From a virus (Duplodnaviria > Caudoviricetes), in the IMG/VR virus record IMGVR_UViG_3300003962_000013, positions 1-64,000 of that record: DNA of 64,000 bases, one strand, 5' to 3'. The position numbers and the translations under genes were made by a program. Under the pieces are notes generated by a model, which was not told the DNA's origin, did no database searches, and was given only the letters and a program-made list of their open reading frames with translations. How positions within the stretch are numbered: the stretch's first letter is position 1; each line of letters starts with the position of its first letter. Shown piece by piece: positions 59,176-64,000 of this stretch.

Positions 59176-60837
59176 TTATAGAGTTGTTAAACCACTAACA
59201 TAAATCTTACCATAGAATTCTGGTCTTAACATTTTCTTAGCGTAACGAGTCATTAAACCTTTACGTGGAGTGAAAGTTGATGGATCGTACACAAGTGGTG
59301 TCATGATCAATGGAATATATGGAGCGAAAACGGCACCTGATTCAAGGAATTGTTTACCTCTGAATCCCATCAATATTACGTTTTCAGTCATATAAGGGTT
59401 CTTATAAACTGTGTAACGGTTGTTGATAGCACCAACTTTTTGAACACCCATTGCAAATTCCATATTTGCAGCATCACCATTAGAGTTAGCAGCAAATCCT
59501 GGGATTGATTCTAAAACTGTTGCTACAGTTGGAGAACATACTAAGAAATTTGCACCACCTCTTAAAGTTAACTGGTGAATCTTGTTACTTACTTTTTGCA
59601 TTTTAGTACCAAGTGTTTGGAACCACTGACCTTGAGAGTTGTAGTAACCTAAACTTGCTGTGAAATCTGTACTACCTGCATTTAAAGTAGTGTTGTTAAC
59701 TACTGACCAATATTCAGTTGCTGCAGCAGCATCTTCAATTAACATATCTAAGATTTCCAAATCAATTTCCATTGAAATGTATTCACTCATGATGTTAGTT
59801 AATTCAGCTTCAGCATCAATGTTTTGGTAAGCATTTAAATCTTGAGCAAATTCAGGAGTCCATACTGCTTTTAATTTTTTAGTTTTAGCAGTGATAGCTT
59901 GAGATTGCATCTTGATATTGATTTCTGGAATTACAATTGTACTTGCACTTTGAGCATTCGGTACTGAGAATGAAGGAGCAGAAGTATCTTCGAAATCACC
60001 ACGGTTATTATCAACAGTAGCTTTATTGTAGTAAAGCGTACTTCCAGCAGAAGTACCAGAACCATTAGTTTCAGCTGTTGAAGCAGTGAAATAGAAAATA
60101 ATACTTGCAGCACCATCAAATGAAGTAAATGCTGGTAAAGATTTAGCTACTGTAGCAGCAGAACCAGAAGTTAATACGAATGCACGGATACCTTCGATAT
60201 CAAAGTTTGGAATACTACCTGTTGAAACTGTGAATGATTTAATTTCACCTCTAGCTGCAGAAGCTGATAAAGCTGAATCATACATTACACTAGCCCAAGA
60301 AGCTGTAGCTACTGTAGCACTAACTGTTGATGATGTTTGGTTTGTAGAATATGCGAAACGACCAGCTCCATAAAGACCACCTGTTGTATCAGTTGTTTGG
60401 AATGGGAAACGAGCGTTTGCGTTACGGTTACCATATAATGAGTTACCTGAAGAGAATGGGTTAACACTAGTTCCGTATTGGAAATCTAAGAAGAACACAA
60501 GACCTGAAGGTAAGTTCATTGGTTGAACTGAAACGAATTCTTTAGCTGCAATTTGACCAAATACTTTACGTACTAATGGTAATGCGATTCCAGCCCAGTT
60601 TTCAGATTGACCTACAGTAAATGTACCTGCAGATGTTCCAGCACCAGTTTGACTAGTTTCTACGACTAATTGTTTTGCTTGGTTTTCAAGAATAAGAGCC
60701 ATATTGTTACGCTCAACATCTGAACCAAATCCTTCCAAAAGACCTGTTTTAGACCATTTGGTAGCTAGTTTAGAAGCATCACTTTGAAGTGATTTCCATG
60801 GATTAGCTGATTCCAATAATGATTGAATTGAATTCAT
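59176..60837 (-). CDS. major capsid protein (T4 gp23-like)
   Basis: ILENQ, VQPMNLPSGLVF, KLKAVWTPEFAQDL, FAPYIPL, MTRYA. Confidence 0.97.
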   Translation of the reverse strand: MNSIQSLLESANPWKSLQSDASKLATKWSKTGLLEGFGSDVERNNMALILENQAKQLVVETSQTGAGTSAGTFTVGQSENWAGIALPLVRKVFGQIAAKEFVSVQPMNLPSGLVFFLDFQYGTSVNPFSSGNSLYGNRNANARFPFQTTDTTGGLYGAGRFAYSTNQTSSTVSATVATASWASVMYDSALSASAARGEIKSFTVSTGSIPNFDIEGIRAFVLTSGSAATVAKSLPAFTSFDGAASIIFYFTASTAETNGSGTSAGSTLYYNKATVDNNRGDFEDTSAPSFSVPNAQSASTIVIPEINIKMQSQAITAKTKKLKAVWTPEFAQDLNAYQNIDAEAELTNIMSEYISMEIDLEILDMLIEDAAAATEYWSVVNNTTLNAGSTDFTASLGYYNSQGQWFQTLGTKMQKVSNKIHQLTLRGGANFLVCSPTVATVLESIPGFAANSNGDAANMEFAMGVQKVGAINNRYTVYKNPYMTENVILMGFRGKQFLESGAVFAPYIPLIMTPLVYDPSTFTPRKGLMTRYAKKMLRPEFYGKIYVSGLTTL

Positions 60838-60876
60838 GTTTGTTTTTAATTGTTTTTTAGTTATTTTTTAGTTTAA

Positions 60877-62043
60877 TTATTTTTTACTACCGAATGCTAA
60901 TTCTCTCATACGTGAAAATGCTGCATTATCTTCGATAATAGGTTTTGATTGAGTACTACTTGCTATAGATTTAGAAGCTGATCCTAATGATTCTTTAATT
61001 GGGGCTTTTTGTAAAGTAGATACTTTAAAGCTTTCTTGTAAAGTTTCATAAACCAATTCTACTTCTTTTTTAGTAGTTGCTTTATCAAATGCTGTTAACA
61101 CTTTAACTTTTTGAGTTTCTGTTAACGTTTTGTTACGGAAAATTTTGTTAGTATAAAGAAGTTTAGCGTTTAACAAATTAACTTCATTAAGTTCTGATGT
61201 AAGAGTTTTAACTAACTTACGTGATTCTTCTAATTCTTTTTCTTTTTCATTAGTTTCCTCAAGTCGAGATTGTTTTTCTCCTGATCCACCACCACCAGTA
61301 AACGAACCAGCAGCACTAGAAACACCAGATACACTTTTTAAAAGTTTGTATTGAGCCATAAATTCTGCATCATCTTTAAGTTCAGGAGATTCTTTTAATT
61401 TTTTCTCCATTTCTTTAACAAATTCTGCTGGTTGTTTAAATGGATTGAACATATTTCCAATACCTTTTAAAATACCCATTCCTTTACCTTCTTCAATAGT
61501 TTCTTCTTCAGCTGTGATTTCTTCTGTTTCGGATAAAAGTTCTTCAATATTGATTTCTTCTTCATCTTCAACTTCGATTTCATCTTCTGTTTCTTCAGCT
61601 TCTTCTTCAACTTCCTCATTTTCCTCATCTTCATGGCTTGCTTCAAGTTCACCTGCTGCTACCATGTCTTGGATTACTCCTTCAATAAAAGATTTAAGAT
61701 CATCTTCAGACATATCTTCAACAGATATTTCTTCTTCTTCTTCTTTTTCTTCCTTTTCTTCCTTTTCAGCTTCGTTGATTTCGGTTTCACCTTCTTCAAG
61801 TTCAGCTAAAAGTTCATCTAAAGAAATTTCTTCCATTGATTCTGCTTCTTCATTTACAATTTCTTCCTTTACTTCTTCTTTTTCTTCAGCTTCTTCCATT
61901 TCTGCAAGTTTAGCGAATAATTTTTCTTTTAAGTAAGGGGTAAATTGTTCTTCCAAAGCAAGTTTTGCATTAGCTAAAGCTGTTTCTTTTACAGTTTGAG
62001 CATCTGCGATTGATTCGCTTAGCAAATCTCTGTTTGTTTTCAT
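60877..62043 (-). CDS. prohead core/scaffold protein (gp22-like)
   Basis: very acidic coiled coil, LNEVNLLNAKLLY; directly upstream of the capsid gene. Confidence 0.85.
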   Translation of the reverse strand: MKTNRDLLSESIADAQTVKETALANAKLALEEQFTPYLKEKLFAKLAEMEEAEEKEEVKEEIVNEEAESMEEISLDELLAELEEGETEINEAEKEEKEEKEEEEEISVEDMSEDDLKSFIEGVIQDMVAAGELEASHEDEENEEVEEEAEETEDEIEVEDEEEINIEELLSETEEITAEEETIEEGKGMGILKGIGNMFNPFKQPAEFVKEMEKKLKESPELKDDAEFMAQYKLLKSVSGVSSAAGSFTGGGGSGEKQSRLEETNEKEKELEESRKLVKTLTSELNEVNLLNAKLLYTNKIFRNKTLTETQKVKVLTAFDKATTKKEVELVYETLQESFKVSTLQKAPIKESLGSASKSIASSTQSKPIIEDNAAFSRMRELAFGSKK

Positions 62044-62158
62044 TTTTTCCTTAATTTTTTAATTGGAAATACACTTAATACGAAAAGAATTTTTCAAAGT
62101 GTAATAAATTTATTGCGGTAGGATGCCTCATATTTTGGGCACATTCCGATATACATAT
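62044..62158 (-). promoter_or_regulatory. promoter motif and ~105-nt structured 5' leader of the scaffold-capsid operon
   Basis: ATATGTATA, then GGAAUGUGCC/GGCAUCC and UACACUU/AAGUGUA stems. Confidence 0.5.
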
Positions 62159-62185
62159 ATAAAAAATATTCAAAAATTGAAAAAT

Positions 62186-62782
62186 TTAAAAAAACTTTTT
62201 TCCTTTTGATATATTATCCGAAGCCCACAATGGTTGTAAATTAGTATAATGACACAATTTAATTAATTCTTCTTTATTTTTGGCACTTGATAATGGAATT
62301 ATGTGATCAATATGCCATTTACCATAATTTTCCCAATTCATACCTTCAGTAAATAAATTTTCAATATGTTTAACCCCAAATTTAAAATTACATCCCAATA
62401 ATTTCTCTGTTTTACCTTCTTTTTTCCATTTTGTTCTTCTAAAAGCATGATTAATTCTTACTCTAAGATTTGTTGAAAAATTATACAATGGATCTATTAA
62501 TTTTTTGTTTTTTTGATAATTTTTAATATATTCTCGTTTTTGAGATTGTGTTTTAGGGATGAATTTAGGTTGGGTGTTTTTATAAATTAAATATTTTTCT
62601 TTGTAATAATTAGGATTTAACTTATACCAATTTTTATGGTATTCGGAATTAGATTTTACCCAAATATTATTATTACCATATAAACATTCTTTACACCAAT
62701 ATGTATAACCATCTTTACTTTTTTTATCTTTATTAAAGTATTTTATATCTTTTTCTATTTTACATTTACTACAAATTTTCAT
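62186..62782 (-). mobile_element. HNH homing endonuclease
   Basis: CSKC; MNWENYG.WHIDHIIP..NLQPLW..N..K. Confidence 0.88.
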
Positions 62783-62816
62783 TTTTTATTATAAATATTC
62801 AAAGTCGCAAAATGCG

Positions 62817-62848
62817 AAAAAGAAAAGCACTTCTTTTTGAAGTGCTTC
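62817..62848 (-). terminator. intrinsic terminator after prohead protease
   Basis: AAGCACTTC/GAAGTGCTT stem and U-tract. Confidence 0.75.
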
Positions 62849-62877
62849 GATTTTAATATTCTATATTAAAAGGGGTA

Positions 62878-63480
62878 CTATACTATTGGGCAAGATCCAT
62901 TAGCACAAAGTATTTCTGTTACTAAACTATTTAATTTTAGATATGGATCTACATTATGGTTTAATCCTTCATGAATTGGAGACATATATGAACCAGGATT
63001 TGAAGGAGTACTAACGAAATCCCAACATAATAATTCAAAATCATCCTGAACTTCTAATACTTCACCCACTTGCTTTAAACTACCCATCCCACGAGATGAT
63101 ACACCTACTCTAATATTATTTTCTATAAGTGATTTTAATATATTTCCTGATGGGGTTGGGAGGATTTCAATTGCCCCCATAACTTTATCTCCATCCCACC
63201 ATAATTTTTTAATATTGTGAGATACATTTTTTAAGTTAATAATTTGAGAATCGGGGTGATCTAATTCGCCTAATGCTCTATTTTCGTTAACTAAGGTTAG
63301 ATATTTATCGATTTCTCTTTCCCATAATTCTTTAGAATAATATCTACCATTTCCATTCTTAACTTCACAAGTAGCTAATATACCTTCAACTAATGGATTA
63401 CCAGATATACTATCACGAGATTCAGTTAACATTTTTGGAGAAATGTTAAATGGAGTTGTTTCTATAAGTAGTGGTTTCAT
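62878..63480 (-). CDS. prohead protease (gp21-like)
   Basis: NGNGRYY, LGELDHP, GVSSRGMGS, DFVSTPS. Confidence 0.95.
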   Translation of the reverse strand: MKPLLIETTPFNISPKMLTESRDSISGNPLVEGILATCEVKNGNGRYYSKELWEREIDKYLTLVNENRALGELDHPDSQIINLKNVSHNIKKLWWDGDKVMGAIEILPTPSGNILKSLIENNIRVGVSSRGMGSLKQVGEVLEVQDDFELLCWDFVSTPSNPGSYMSPIHEGLNHNVDPYLKLNSLVTEILCANGSCPIV

Positions 63481-63481
63481 A

Positions 63482-64000
63482 TTATTTTTTATCTAATTCT
63501 TCTTTTATAATTTCTCTTATTAAAATGCGAAGTTTTTCTTCTTGTAATCCTGATTGAAGTTCTTTAATTTTCAATTCAATTTCTGCTTTACGATCAGGAT
63601 CAGTTGTACTCATTAATTCTTGTTCTAAATCTGCTATTTGTGCTGAAATAGGGTCCAAAGTTTTAATTTGGGCTTTTTTATATTCTATTTCTTCATCAGG
63701 ATTACCTGCTACACCATGAATATCAGTTTCATCTACTTTATCAGATTTATATGAATACCAATTTTTTATATCAAATGGGTCTATTCCTTTTTTAATTAAA
63801 GCATTTTTACTATAAATTATAAAGTCAGATGGTTTACTATCAGGGAATATATCTTTCAAATCCATCTTAGCATAATATTTTAAGCTTTCAACATCTGAAA
63901 CTGTTTCCCAACCTTCTACTACTTTATTATCTGATTTACGAATAGCGAAATGGGTATATTTTTTATTGATATTTTCTTCTATTTGTTCAATATTTTCTTT
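63482..64000 (-). CDS. hypothetical head-module protein, 5'-truncated by the window edge
   Basis: frame is open from 64000 into track ORF 63482..63865; ends LRILIREIIKEEL. Confidence 0.65.
   Translation of the reverse strand, partial: KENIEQIEENINKKYTHFAIRKSDNKVVEGWETVSDVESLKYYAKMDLKDIFPDSKPSDFIIYSKNALIKKGIDPFDIKNWYSYKSDKVDETDIHGVAGNPDEEIEYKKAQIKTLDPISAQIADLEQELMSTTDPDRKAEIELKIKELQSGLQEEKLRILIREIIKEELDKK

Noticed and set aside
8775-61936. Plus-strand ORFs in the track (e.g. 8775, 12444, 24117, 27213, 35117, 38587, 61445) and short nested minus-strand ORFs (18551, 27329, 30476, 59931, 61467)
   Set aside because: They are shadows of well-supported minus-strand genes, with no motifs and mostly non-ATG starts
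1-64000. tRNA genes
   Set aside because: No cloverleaf or T-loop GTTCRA context recognised in the short intergenic gaps; tRNAscan-SE would confirm

Overview
64 kb of a very AT-rich, large T4-like myophage genome; essentially every real gene is on the minus strand. The host is probably Bacteroidota: no Shine-Dalgarno sites, TTGG-N19/20-TATATT(T/A)A promoters and a Zn-less Bacteroidota-type QueC. In transcription order (right to left) the window holds: the head module (prohead protease, scaffold, major capsid); an inserted amidinotransferase/ArgZ-like + phosphatidylserine-decarboxylase-like + PhoH block; fibre/decoration, neck, sheath, tube, frameshifted tail chaperone, tape measure and baseplate genes; replication/recombination genes (PolA-like, SSB, UvsX, RNase H, helicase, NrdJ); a 7-deazaguanine cluster (dpdA-like, queC, queD, queE, folE); a family-B DNA polymerase split into two genes; clamp, GroES/EL, clamp loader, a Cas4-like nuclease and GT4 glycosyltransferases. 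At least 12 free-standing homing endonuclease genes (HNH, GIY-YIG, EDxHD/Vsr-like) are interspersed, most with their own ATAT(T/G)TATA promoter-like motif. Main observations: (1) a portable cassette of 12-bp-period direct repeat, promoter motif and 46-49 aa basic leader ORF, whose D-E-K codons hide the +1 start codon of the nuclease, sits in front of two unrelated nuclease families; (2) the polB gene is in pieces, with a terminator between the halves; (3) the ArgZ-like/PSD-like enzyme pair; (4) a compact three-hairpin RNA element carrying a 15-nt match to 23S rRNA helix 69; (5) four lesioned small accessory genes within 10 kb. All calls come from motif recognition by eye; no searches were run.
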